Position numbers and translations under genes: made by a program
From: a virus
Lineage: Duplodnaviria > Caudoviricetes
DNA: 64,000 nt
IMG/VR virus record: IMGVR_UViG_3300022752_000016
Direction: 5' to 3' (one strand)
Notes under the pieces: model-generated
The model's input: the letters and a program-made list of their open reading frames with translations, nothing else
Told to the model about the DNA's origin: nothing
Databases searched by the model: none
Shown here: positions 56,419 through 64,000 of the stretch, one piece after another
How the letters are laid out: each line of letters begins with the position of its first letter
Position numbering within the stretch: position 1 is the stretch's first letter

Positions 56419-56873
56419 GTACAACTTTCTATAAAAAAGTAGGAAAACGTTATATTGCGGTTAGTGAATATAATCCTGAATTACGTGAATCCCTCACAGA
56501 AGGAAATCATTTAGTAATTGTAAAACCTGGTAACACTAGTTACCATTTTAATATTGATCCAAATAGTGCACCATTATTGGCAGCATCATTAAATGCAAAA
56601 AAAGAAATGATAAATGCTATAGCTAAAGCAGGTGAAGCTAAACCTAAAATTCAACCACTTACTACTGAACAAGTTAACGCTTGGAATAAATTACAAAGTA
56701 CTTTTAATGATGATTATTTTGGTGTTTACTATAACAGTGCCGATAAAATTGCTGACGCAGGCATTCAAGTATTAACAACTGAAGTAAACAAAATGCTTGA
56801 AAATCCAAGTGTGAAAAAAGCTTACGAACAGTTTTTATTAATTTGGAAATTAACAAAAGATGAACAAAAATGA
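56415..56873 (+). CDS. Hypothetical protein
   Basis: 152-aa coupled ORF. Confidence 0.7.
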   Translation: MSTTFYKKVGKRYIAVSEYNPELRESLTEGNHLVIVKPGNTSYHFNIDPNSAPLLAASLNAKKEMINAIAKAGEAKPKIQPLTTEQVNAWNKLQSTFNDDYFGVYYNSADKIADAGIQVLTTEVNKMLENPSVKKAYEQFLLIWKLTKDEQK

Positions 56874-57096
56874 GATAGATAAATTAATTTATGATATGTG
56901 TATTACTTACAGACATGATTTTAATTTAAATAAAAACCAAGATGACCCACCATGGGTAGCAGGAATGACTGATATTGAACGTCAAGGTTTGATATTAACT
57001 ATGAAACAAATATTTGAACATAATTTAAAACCATTGATAAGAGATTACGAAAACAACGGAGATAAGAATGACTTTAGTAGCAAAAACAATAATTAA
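56860..57096 (+). CDS. Hypothetical protein
   Basis: 78-aa ORF. Confidence 0.6.
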   Translation: MNKNEIDKLIYDMCITYRHDFNLNKNQDDPPWVAGMTDIERQGLILTMKQIFEHNLKPLIRDYENNGDKNDFSSKNNN

Positions 57097-57523
57097 AGAT
57101 CAATACTGGGTAGTGACAGATGGATTTAGAAAGGTAGGTAATGTTGTATATGATGGTTCAGGTTTTGATGTAAAATTAGATGGGATCAATAGTCATTATA
57201 AAAATTATAATGAAATCACAAAATTTACAAAAATAAGATTTGAACCTACTAAATCAAGTAGCGCAAAGCCGCAAATTTTATACCCTGAATTTCCTGTACC
57301 CACAAAAATATATAATTCTATATTTGATATAAAACGTAAGTTACATTTGTTTACAAAAACTAAAAAAAGTAAATGTTATCATGTGGCAGGATTTTTTGTA
57401 TTAAAACAAAATGGAATTTTTCAAACTGTTTTTTGTCCTAAATTTATCTTTATACAAAGATATGAATATTTAGGACCTTATAAAACTGAAACGGAAGCTT
57501 TAGGTATGATAAATAATCGATGA
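57068..57523 (+). CDS. Hypothetical protein
   Basis: GGAG RBS, 151 aa. Confidence 0.7.
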   Translation: MTLVAKTIIKDQYWVVTDGFRKVGNVVYDGSGFDVKLDGINSHYKNYNEITKFTKIRFEPTKSSSAKPQILYPEFPVPTKIYNSIFDIKRKLHLFTKTKKSKCYHVAGFFVLKQNGIFQTVFCPKFIFIQRYEYLGPYKTETEALGMINNR

Positions 57524-57729
57524 TTAATATTAAAAAATTTATTGATAAAGTAGCATATTTAGAATCAAGAAATAACAAAGATGTATTGATACCATTGCAA
57601 GATGCACGTGGGCTACGTGATGAAATTAGTAAGTTACTGCTGGATTTAACAAGTTTACAAAATTTACAAAAAAATACTGTAAAGGAAGATGCTACAAAAA
57701 TAGAAATTAAAGGTGGTACATTTAAATGA
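57520..57729 (+). CDS. Hypothetical protein
   Basis: Coupled ORF. Confidence 0.65.
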   Translation: MINIKKFIDKVAYLESRNNKDVLIPLQDARGLRDEISKLLLDLTSLQNLQKNTVKEDATKIEIKGGTFK

Positions 57730-58028
57730 GTAAGACACAGCCAAAAATTATATTAGAACATATAGATAAAAAAACATATAAAACTGATCAAATTGTAGAA
57801 GCATTTGGTATATGGGCCGTATTTTATGATGGGCAACCTTTTAATTTAAAATCACAAAATTATCTTAATGGACTTATAGCTCCAAAATACAAAAAAACTA
57901 GTTTTAGTAATCCAGGTCATGCAAGAAATTTATGCAGAAAATTAAATATACAATTTAAAACAAATAAGTTTACAGTGGTATTCATGAATTCAGGTACAAT
58001 TGTATATCCAGACGATAGCTCCCAGTGA
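57726..58028 (+). CDS. Hypothetical protein
   Basis: Coupled ORF. Confidence 0.7.
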   Translation: MSKTQPKIILEHIDKKTYKTDQIVEAFGIWAVFYDGQPFNLKSQNYLNGLIAPKYKKTSFSNPGHARNLCRKLNIQFKTNKFTVVFMNSGTIVYPDDSSQ

Positions 58029-58453
58029 ATAAAAAACAAAAAATTACTGAGATTGTCTTATCAAATTTAAAACACAAAGAGGAATATACCAACCTTAATG
58101 TTGATAAAGTATTTTTGCGTTGGTGGATGACAGGTAGAGTAAGTACAGGTATGCGTCTTACAGATGAAGGTAAAACCTGTTTTGAATTGGCTCAAATAGC
58201 ACACTATGATTATGATTTTAGTTTTGGAAATCGTAGTCCTCAAGATTTAATTTTATCCCTAAATTCAAAAATATTATGTCCTTATTATATTGGTATTATC
58301 AGTTTTAAAGACTCGCCTAAAAAACCATTCATTCGTTTATATAATCATAAAATAGCTATGATGTTAAGTTTATACGGTAATATTGTTGAATATATTGATT
58401 CTTTGGAGAAAACAAATGACAGAACCAAAAAAAAGTCCGAACCCATTTATTAA
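58025..58453 (+). CDS. Hypothetical protein
   Basis: GTG start overlapping the upstream stop. Confidence 0.65.
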   Translation: MNKKQKITEIVLSNLKHKEEYTNLNVDKVFLRWWMTGRVSTGMRLTDEGKTCFELAQIAHYDYDFSFGNRSPQDLILSLNSKILCPYYIGIISFKDSPKKPFIRLYNHKIAMMLSLYGNIVEYIDSLEKTNDRTKKKSEPIY

Positions 58454-58577
58454 TATGGCAAATGCTAGCAAAAAGAACAATGCACCTTCGCCAAAAAACA
58501 AAGGCCCTAATATTCCAAAATCCAATAAAGGATTTGGAGCACCGTCAGTGGTAAGAAGAAGCGGCAGAGGTGGTTAA
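58416..58577 (+). CDS. Small basic protein
   Basis: GGAG RBS; MTEPKKSPNPF...RRSGRGG. Confidence 0.6.
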   Translation: MTEPKKSPNPFINMANASKKNNAPSPKNKGPNIPKSNKGFGAPSVVRRSGRGG

Positions 58578-58588
58578 CTTTTATTTAC

Positions 58589-58626
58589 CCAAATTTAATG
58601 TATAGTGTCAACGGAATGTGTATGCT
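58589..58626 (+). promoter_or_regulatory. Candidate promoter with upstream CCAAAT element
   Basis: CCAAAT-N3-ATGTAT-N17-TATGCT; weak -35. Confidence 0.4.
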
Positions 58627-58691
58627 ATGCGTTAATATATATAGACATGCAAAAATGTCTAATTCATTTTAACTTAAAAAGGAAATTATAA

Positions 58692-58874
58692 ATGAAAACA
58701 GTTGCAACTTTAATCGCATCATTGTTTGCAGTAACAGTCTTTGCTGCTGATGCACCTAAGAAAGACGAAAAGAAAGCTGAAGCTAAACCTGCAGCAGCAG
58801 CTCCTGCTACTCCAGCTCCAGCTAAACCAGAAGCTAAGAAAGAAGAAAAGAAAGCTGAACCTGCAAAGAAGTAA
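58692..58874 (+). CDS. Secreted Lys/Ala/Pro/Glu-rich small protein
   Basis: Signal peptide MKTVATLIASLFAVTVFA followed by a low-complexity tail; AAGGA RBS. Confidence 0.75.
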   Translation: MKTVATLIASLFAVTVFAADAPKKDEKKAEAKPAAAAPATPAPAKPEAKKEEKKAEPAKK

Positions 58875-59110
58875 TCAGCCCACGTATTTTTGTAAAGGTA
58901 TATAAAAACCCTAGCGATTTTGATGATGAAGATTATATTGAAATAGAATTCTTTATAGCGAGAAATCTTAACAGAATTGAGATAGAAAAGCTTGAAGATA
59001 AACTATCAGATGATATTTTACTTAGATTAAAATTGTTTAGGTTAATAGCTTTACTTAAATACGATTCATTACATAATAATATAGATTTATTACGTAGTGA
59101 ATTAGCATAA
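58871..59110 (+). CDS. Possible ORF without ATG (start uncertain)
   Basis: Frame open from 58859 to 59110 (VISPRIFVKVYKNPSDFDDEDYIE...RSELA), filling an otherwise empty 290-nt gap. Confidence 0.35.
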   Translation, partial: VISPRIFVKVYKNPSDFDDEDYIEIEFFIARNLNRIEIEKLEDKLSDDILLRLKLFRLIALLKYDSLHNNIDLLRSELA

Positions 59111-59169
59111 GTATTACAGTTAGGGGGTCTGTAAAACCCCCAAATACACATACACATATAGGAAAAATT

Positions 59170-59427
59170 ATGATACATACTTTTACAGATATGACCATTG
59201 ATATGGTCCAAACAACTAAGAAAAACTTAATTAATACAACAGTCAAACATGATGGATTAAAAAAAGTTTTAACCGAGTTTATCGACAAACAAACAGATTA
59301 CACAAAAAAGTTTATACACAGCCAAGTAGACATAATGTCTGCGGTTTATGCTATTTTTAACAATAAAGAATTTCAACAAGAAACCTTTAAATCATGTTTT
59401 ATGCCTTTCGGTAAGAAAGGAGTGTAA
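59170..59427 (+). CDS. Hypothetical helical protein (phasin-like?), paralog of 60005
   Basis: IDMVQTTKK...FIDKQT vs IDTVQNAKK...YIDAQS. Confidence 0.65.
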   Translation: MIHTFTDMTIDMVQTTKKNLINTTVKHDGLKKVLTEFIDKQTDYTKKFIHSQVDIMSAVYAIFNNKEFQQETFKSCFMPFGKKGV

Positions 59428-59428
59428 T

Positions 59429-59608
59429 ATGCCTCTATCGCAGTTTATGCTCAATATCCTTGAGCGACTTGCAGAGATGTTTCCTCAGGATTCTTACCAA
59501 AATCGTTTAGAGAAATATCTTAAATCAAAAAGCATTACAGATGCTGCCATTTTAGAAAATCACATTAAAGAGTTTGAATATAATTCTCAAAAGGAAAAAT
59601 ACATATGA
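59429..59608 (+). CDS. Small protein (DUF3563-like)
   Basis: LERLAEMF...RLEKYLKSKSITDAAILE; AGGAG RBS. Confidence 0.55.
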   Translation: MPLSQFMLNILERLAEMFPQDSYQNRLEKYLKSKSITDAAILENHIKEFEYNSQKEKYI

Positions 59609-59718
59609 TGACTTACATACTAGCAGTCTTTCGTAAAATTTTTATTGCATTAGAAAAGAGTAGTAAAGCCCGTGCCCGTCGGTACATGATTAACCATAAC
59701 TATGGAGCATGGAAATGA
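59605..59718 (+). CDS. Very small ORF (37 aa)
   Basis: AAGGA RBS, coupled. Confidence 0.45.
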   Translation: MMTYILAVFRKIFIALEKSSKARARRYMINHNYGAWK

Positions 59719-59822
59719 AAATAGTTAAAATGTTTTATGAAGTATGGTGTACAGGGTTATTGGCAAGTCACCTTACACGCCGCGGTAAATGGCGTTCAGC
59801 AATTAAATTAATGGGTAATTAA
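59715..59822 (+). CDS. Very small ORF (35 aa)
   Basis: GGAG RBS, ATGA coupling. Confidence 0.45.
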   Translation: MKIVKMFYEVWCTGLLASHLTRRGKWRSAIKLMGN

Positions 59823-59823
59823 C

Positions 59824-59964
59824 ATGGAACAAAATTTATTAGTACCATTTGGTATACTAACTTTTTTATGCATGATAGTTGCAATTGACGAATTACTTGC
59901 TAAAGATAAAGTTTTAGGCGAAGAATGGGATTTTTTGACTCCATATAATCGCCGAAATTATTGA
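59824..59964 (+). CDS. Small membrane ORF (46 aa)
   Basis: Hydrophobic N-terminus; follows the upstream stop by 1 nt. Confidence 0.45.
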   Translation: MEQNLLVPFGILTFLCMIVAIDELLAKDKVLGEEWDFLTPYNRRNY

Positions 59965-60004
59965 TCTAGTTATAAAAAAGATTATAAACACACAGGGAGA
60001 AACT

Positions 60005-60304
60005 ATGTTTAATCAACCAGAACTATTCATTGACACTGTTCAAAATGCTAAAAAGCAATGGGTTAAAAAATGTATTCAAAATGAAGATATTAAGAACAAC
60101 TGTCATATCTATATTGACGCACAATCAAAATTTTTAAAAACAGCATTAACTGTGGTAGGAGGTATTGCTACCGTTGTAGGTCACGAAATGCTGAACACAA
60201 AGATTGAAAAAATGTTTAATCCTTTTGGGATAGACTTTTTTAAAGCAGGCTGGGATGCCTGGGCAGATGCTAACAGAGAAGCCTACGCTAAAAAATCAAA
60301 TTAG
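60005..60304 (+). CDS. Hypothetical helical protein (phasin-like?), paralog of 59170
   Basis: GGGAG RBS; similarity to 59170. Confidence 0.65.
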   Translation: MFNQPELFIDTVQNAKKQWVKKCIQNEDIKNNCHIYIDAQSKFLKTALTVVGGIATVVGHEMLNTKIEKMFNPFGIDFFKAGWDAWADANREAYAKKSN

Positions 60305-60328
60305 ACATACACACATAAGGAGATAAAA

Positions 60329-60619
60329 ATGTCAAATAATTACGGCGAGCGTATTTTACCCGATGTAAGACTTCCAGAAGTTAAATTTAACAAAAACGGT
60401 TACGAAATTCGCACAGATATATTACATATGGCTAAAGACCTTGTACAAGCTGAATATACAATGAAGTTTCAAGGTTGGGAAATGAGTGCCAAACGTGATG
60501 AAAAAACAGGACAGATCGTTAATACAGTAAGTATGCCTGAATTTCCAGGACTAGACAAAGTGTTAGAGACTGCACAAAAAATGTACGATTTCGTAAACCA
60601 AGCAAGTTTCAAGAAATAA
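60329..60619 (+). CDS. Hypothetical protein
   Basis: AAGGAG RBS; NKNGYEIRTDIL...KMYDFVN. Confidence 0.75.
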   Translation: MSNNYGERILPDVRLPEVKFNKNGYEIRTDILHMAKDLVQAEYTMKFQGWEMSAKRDEKTGQIVNTVSMPEFPGLDKVLETAQKMYDFVNQASFKK

Positions 60620-60620
60620 T

Positions 60621-60642
60621 TTAGCCCCGAAAGGGGCTTTTT
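60621..60642 (+). terminator. Intrinsic terminator, identical to 25385..25406
   Basis: TTAGCCCCGAAAGGGGCTTTTT. Confidence 0.85.
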
Positions 60643-60648
60643 AATGAC

Positions 60649-60677
60649 TTGACAATAATTGGGTTCTTTGTTATACT
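60649..60677 (+). promoter_or_regulatory. Strong sigma70 (early) promoter
   Basis: TTGACA-N17-TATACT, extended TG. Confidence 0.8.
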
Positions 60678-60705
60678 GTGGTTATTGTAAGAATAAGGAA
60701 CTTTA

Positions 60706-60963
60706 ATGAAGATTAAATTTTACTCAGATCCTGGTCATGGTTGGGGTGCAGTTAAGCGTAAAGTATTGATTGAACTAGGAATTCTTGACAAAATTAGTGG
60801 TTTTAGCTACCAAAAAGGTCAGACTGTATATCTTGAAGAAGATTTGGATCTAGCAACACTTACAACTGCCCTTGCTTTAAAGGGAATTGTAGTATCATAT
60901 ACTGAGAAAAATAGTCCCCATAAATATAGCCCAATTCGCAATTATGATCGGTTTGTGGCTTGA
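60706..60963 (+). CDS. Hypothetical early protein
   Basis: AAGGA RBS; FYSDPGHGW...YLEED. Confidence 0.75.
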   Translation: MKIKFYSDPGHGWGAVKRKVLIELGILDKISGFSYQKGQTVYLEEDLDLATLTTALALKGIVVSYTEKNSPHKYSPIRNYDRFVA

Positions 60964-60988
60964 CAATAAATGGGCTTGGTGCTATAAT
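60960..60988 (+). promoter_or_regulatory. Strong sigma70 (early) promoter
   Basis: TTGACA-N17-TATAAT, extended TG. Confidence 0.85.
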
Positions 60989-61023
60989 AGCATTATTGAC
61001 AGTTAAATAACGGAGCAAAAAAA

Positions 61024-61368
61024 ATGTTACTAGTCTCAAAAGTTTTGTGTACAAATGGTTCTGGTTACTGGTCAGAAATGTCCAAAAATGTTCCTGTAAC
61101 AGGCCTTGAAATTGGTTGTGTTAATGAGGACGACACTTTTGGTGAACTACGTGTCTATTTTGACACTAATGCTTGGGACGTTGATAATGACGGACTTATA
61201 TATACCGACAACTTATTCTTGCATGAACTTAAGCACTTTTTGGTTAGTCTTCGCCTAGCAGGTGATGATGTTGGCTACAGTGAGCAAGGGATGCAAGGTT
61301 ATGACTATGTAAGTTTGGATGTTGGTCGTGATTTTATTAAATCTTTTCAAGCTTTAGCCCTTAAGTAA
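61024..61368 (+). CDS. Hypothetical early protein
   Basis: ACGGAG RBS; ELRVYFD...GLIYTD...YSEQGMQG. Confidence 0.75.
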   Translation: MLLVSKVLCTNGSGYWSEMSKNVPVTGLEIGCVNEDDTFGELRVYFDTNAWDVDNDGLIYTDNLFLHELKHFLVSLRLAGDDVGYSEQGMQGYDYVSLDVGRDFIKSFQALALK

Positions 61369-61377
61369 GGAATAAGT

Positions 61378-61590
61378 ATGACCGTCGTTAAAATTACTAC
61401 TAGCAAGACTGATTTTGGTGTGAAGGAGCATTGGACTGCTGTAAGTATAAAATTGCTTGAAGAGGAACTTGCGAAAGAGATTTCGGATGGTACTGAACTT
61501 GGATACATTTCAAGTATGTATAATGTAAGACAGGATCCTACAGGAATGTTGTATCACGCTGAGGTTCATCGTCAACTTCGTGGTGATTAA
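61378..61590 (+). CDS. Hypothetical early protein
   Basis: AAGGA RBS. Confidence 0.65.
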   Translation: MTVVKITTSKTDFGVKEHWTAVSIKLLEEELAKEISDGTELGYISSMYNVRQDPTGMLYHAEVHRQLRGD

Positions 61591-61592
61591 GG

Positions 61593-61621
61593 TTGACAAT
61601 AAATGGACTTGGGTTTATAAT
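61593..61621 (+). promoter_or_regulatory. Strong sigma70 (early) promoter
   Basis: TTGACA-N17-TATAAT; shares TTGACAATAAATGG with 60960. Confidence 0.85.
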
Positions 61622-61655
61622 ACATAGTATTGAAACTGATCAAACGGAGAAACAA

Positions 61656-62072
61656 ATGGCATACATGAATCAAGCTCGCAAAGCAAAAATCGCTACTGCA
61701 CTTGCTCCAGTACTTAAAAAATACGGTATCAAGGGTTCGCTAAGTGTCCGTAATCATCTGGCAATTTGCTTGACTCTTAAATCTGGCCCAATTGACTTTA
61801 TTGCCAACAGCAATCGTGTTTGTGGTAATAGTCATTATCAAGTATCAAATGGTTTTCGACCTAACACTTCAGGTTATTGTGATGTAAACCCTTATTGGTT
61901 TCAGGATCATTATGACGGCGATGCTAAGGCTTTCTTGGCTGAAGCTATTGATGCACTTAAGGCAGCTGATTACTACGACCGTAGTGATGCACAAATTGAT
62001 TATTTTGATACCGCTTACTACTTTGACATTAACATAGGTAAGTGGAACAAACCCTACGTTGTAACTGAGTAA
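61656..62072 (+). CDS. Hypothetical early protein (start corrected to ATG 61656)
   Basis: ACGGAG RBS; DRSDAQIDYFDTAYYFDINIGKWNKPY. Confidence 0.75.
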   Translation: MAYMNQARKAKIATALAPVLKKYGIKGSLSVRNHLAICLTLKSGPIDFIANSNRVCGNSHYQVSNGFRPNTSGYCDVNPYWFQDHYDGDAKAFLAEAIDALKAADYYDRSDAQIDYFDTAYYFDINIGKWNKPYVVTE

Positions 62073-62088
62073 TTTTAAGGAGAAGTCA

Positions 62089-62235
62089 ATGTATACATAT
62101 TGGGCTAATGTAAGAACTGGTGTAGGAAGTTTTATGCGTGTTACTGTCAATGCTAATAATCCATATGAGGCAAATCAAATGTTATTGGCAATGTATGGTG
62201 ACAACTTATGTGGATATCCTAGCCAAGTCTTTTAA
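62089..62235 (+). CDS. Small early protein (48 aa, not in ORF track)
   Basis: AAGGAG RBS; MYTYWANVRTG...YEANQMLLAMYG. Confidence 0.6.
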   Translation: MYTYWANVRTGVGSFMRVTVNANNPYEANQMLLAMYGDNLCGYPSQVF

Positions 62236-62251
62236 ATGGGTAATTTAATGG

Positions 62252-62280
62252 TTGACAAAATTAACCACTTATATTACAAT
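62252..62280 (+). promoter_or_regulatory. Sigma70 (early) promoter
   Basis: TTGACA-N17-TACAAT. Confidence 0.75.
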
Positions 62281-62332
62281 CTTGCTTGTAGTAAATGATT
62301 TTTTTATAAACTTAAATTTTAATGAGGTAATT

Positions 62333-62692
62333 ATGTCTAATAAGACTTTTAAAGTAGTTGGTATCACTGTTCACAATGGCAATGCAAAAGTTCGTTTTAC
62401 TGATGATTTAGTTCGGAGAGTTAAACAATTCACTAAAGGCGGAGCCACACGCTGTGAGTTTGTTGAACTTGCTACCCCAATGACTAAATTGGAAGCATTA
62501 AATCATATGCTAACTTTGAATGAGTTTTCCAATCCCAGTGACAAAGCAACGATTCAAGATGCTATTGAGGATAGATTAAATGCTTCTAGTAGTGAAGTAA
62601 AAGTAAAAGTAACAAAGGTCACTCCTTCTGTTGATGCAATAAGGGCTCGAGGTAAATTTGTAAAATCAGTAAACCCTATTAAGGAAGAATAA
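62333..62692 (+). CDS. Hypothetical protein (start corrected to ATG 62333)
   Basis: GAGG RBS. Confidence 0.7.
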   Translation: MSNKTFKVVGITVHNGNAKVRFTDDLVRRVKQFTKGGATRCEFVELATPMTKLEALNHMLTLNEFSNPSDKATIQDAIEDRLNASSSEVKVKVTKVTPSVDAIRARGKFVKSVNPIKEE

Positions 62693-62722
62693 GTAAATTC
62701 CTAATAATAATTATACTTAATT

Positions 62723-62747
62723 AAGGGCTCTTTGGAGCCCTTTTTTT
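62723..62747 (+). terminator. Intrinsic terminator between convergent genes
   Basis: AAGGGCTC-TTTG-GAGCCCTT followed by a T run. Confidence 0.85.
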
Positions 62748-64000
62748 ATGCTAGATTTACCCAAGAACTTCCATTATAGCCTTGAAAATTACCTGTAGTT
62801 TCATTAAAAATAAGATAACCTGCTACAGGTGTAATTGCATTTCGCTCAGTTGTAGTCAAAGAAACTAATTGTAATGGACTAGATGTAATAAATACCTTTT
62901 CTACTGCTGTTAGTTCTAATACTGTGCCGCTAGAAATAGTAGGCGTTGTATTTGCACTGGAAGTCGAAATAGTAGGTACATTTAGAGTCCCAGTTATATT
63001 TAAAGAACCATCAAGATTAGCTGTAGTATTAGTAATTACAAGTACATTTCCTACAGCATTGGAACTAAATGTAATAGGTCCATTATTTAGAATATTAATA
63101 TTGCTTGTACCATTGGCTATAGGTAACGTTACACTACCTATTGGGCCCTGTGTGCCTTGTGTGCCAGTTCCTACTGTACCTTGTGATCCTGTCGACCCCT
63201 GAATTCCTACTCCTGTCAGTCCTTGAATTCCTATTAAACCTTGTACTCCTTGTGTGCCTTGTAGTCCTTGTAGTCCTTGTAGTCCTTGTAGTCCTTGTAG
63301 TCCTTGTAGTCCTTGTGTACCCTGAACACCTTGTCTTCCTTGTGTGCCTTGTACACCTTGTAAACCTTGTAGTCCTTGTGTACCTTGTGTACCTTGTACT
63401 CCTTGTCTGCCTTGTGTGCCTTGGACACTTTGCGGACCTTGCACACCTTGTGACCCTTGTACCCCTTGTACGCCCTGAATTCCTTGCGCCGCAAAACTAC
63501 CAGGTATTCCTTGTATTCCTTGTATTCCTAAATCACCCTGTAATCCTTGTACCCCTTGTGCCGCAAAAAAACCTGATATGCCCTGTGAACCTTGAATTCC
63601 TTGCAAACTCTGTATGCCCTGTATGCCCTGTATGCCCTGTATGCCCTGTGTTCCTTGTACGCCTTGTATACCTTGAATGCCTTGTGAGCCTATACCTTGT
63701 GTACCTTGTGTACCTTGTGTACCTTGTGAGGCGATAAGTCCTTGTAGTCCTTGTAATCCTTGTAGTCCTTGTCTACCTTGTACACCTTGTACTCCTTGTG
63801 ACCCAACGGTACCTTGGGCACCGTTAGTTCCATGCACACCTTGAACTCCTTGTACTCCCTGTGTTCCCTGAACTCCTTGTAATCCTTGTGTGCCTAAACC
63901 TGTTGTTCCTTGTAACCCTTGTGTACCTGAACCTGTTGTTCCTTGTAATCCTTGTGTACCTGAACCTGTTGTTCCTTGTAATCCTTGTGTACCTGAACCT
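62746..64000 (-). CDS. Second collagen-like (Gly-X-Gln) fibre protein; 5' partial
   Basis: Frame stays open beyond 63837 to the window edge; G-X-Q repeats; C-terminal [32 protein letters not shown] fibre motif. Confidence 0.8.
   Translation of the reverse strand, partial: GSGTQGLQGTTGSGTQGLQGTTGSGTQGLQGTTGLGTQGLQGVQGTQGVQGVQGVHGTNGAQGTVGSQGVQGVQGRQGLQGLQGLQGLIASQGTQGTQGTQGIGSQGIQGIQGVQGTQGIQGIQGIQGIQSLQGIQGSQGISGFFAAQGVQGLQGDLGIQGIQGIPGSFAAQGIQGVQGVQGSQGVQGPQSVQGTQGRQGVQGTQGTQGLQGLQGVQGTQGRQGVQGTQGLQGLQGLQGLQGLQGLQGTQGVQGLIGIQGLTGVGIQGSTGSQGTVGTGTQGTQGPIGSVTLPIANGTSNINILNNGPITFSSNAVGNVLVITNTTANLDGSLNITGTLNVPTISTSSANTTPTISSGTVLELTAVEKVFITSSPLQLVSLTTTERNAITPVAGYLIFNETTGNFQGYNGSSWVNLA
63895..64000 (-). 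repeat. 33-nt tandem repeat ([11 protein letters not shown])
   Basis: Unit ACCTGAACCTGTTGTTCCTTGTAATCCTTGTGT, about 3 copies, running off the edge. Confidence 0.85.

Noticed and set aside
61593-61655. N-terminal extensions in the ORF track for 61593 and 62252
   Set aside because: The TTG starts are the -35 boxes of promoters; RBS-backed ATGs are at 61656 and 62333
62924-63737. + strand and alternative-frame ORFs over the second collagen gene
   Set aside because: Antisense or shifted shadows of the G-X-Q repeat
1-64000. tRNA/rRNA genes, transposases, integrase, alternative genetic code
   Set aside because: No T-loop/cloverleaf or rRNA signature noticed by eye, no such ORFs, and genes read full-length under code 11; a tRNAscan run would be needed to exclude tRNAs fully

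Overview
This is a 64-kb slice of an AT-rich (roughly 30% GC by eye) large tailed dsDNA phage genome; genes are densely packed, mostly on the + strand, and read in standard code 11. Left to right it contains: (1) a 5'-truncated Gly-X-Gln collagen-like tail fibre with an S74-type chaperone, a GH19 lysozyme and two large virion proteins; (2) a mixed block with a DnaE fragment, GroES, YccA/BI-1, clamp loader, PhoH, a holin-like protein, DnaJ and ClpA; (3) a late block of proteins with T4-style capsid-targeting N-termini, including a 1019-aa modular polyprotein whose modules are joined by a conserved DNA repeat encoding GVAEG; (4) a PHP-less DnaE, a family B polymerase and a sliding clamp; (5) a 12.5-kb cluster of 7-deazaguanine genes (TGT/DpdA-like, FolE, QueD, QueE, a second T-fold protein, no QueC in the window) interleaved with two glycosyltransferases, an NDP-sugar epimerase, an APS-kinase/nucleotidyltransferase fusion and two sulfotransferases; (6) UvsE, HNH, RNase H and many small genes behind repeated sigma70-type promoters; (7) a second collagen-like fibre on the minus strand running off the right edge. 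Three promoter classes are visible in the sequence. I found no tRNA, rRNA, CRISPR array or transposase. All protein calls come from motif recognition, not database searches.
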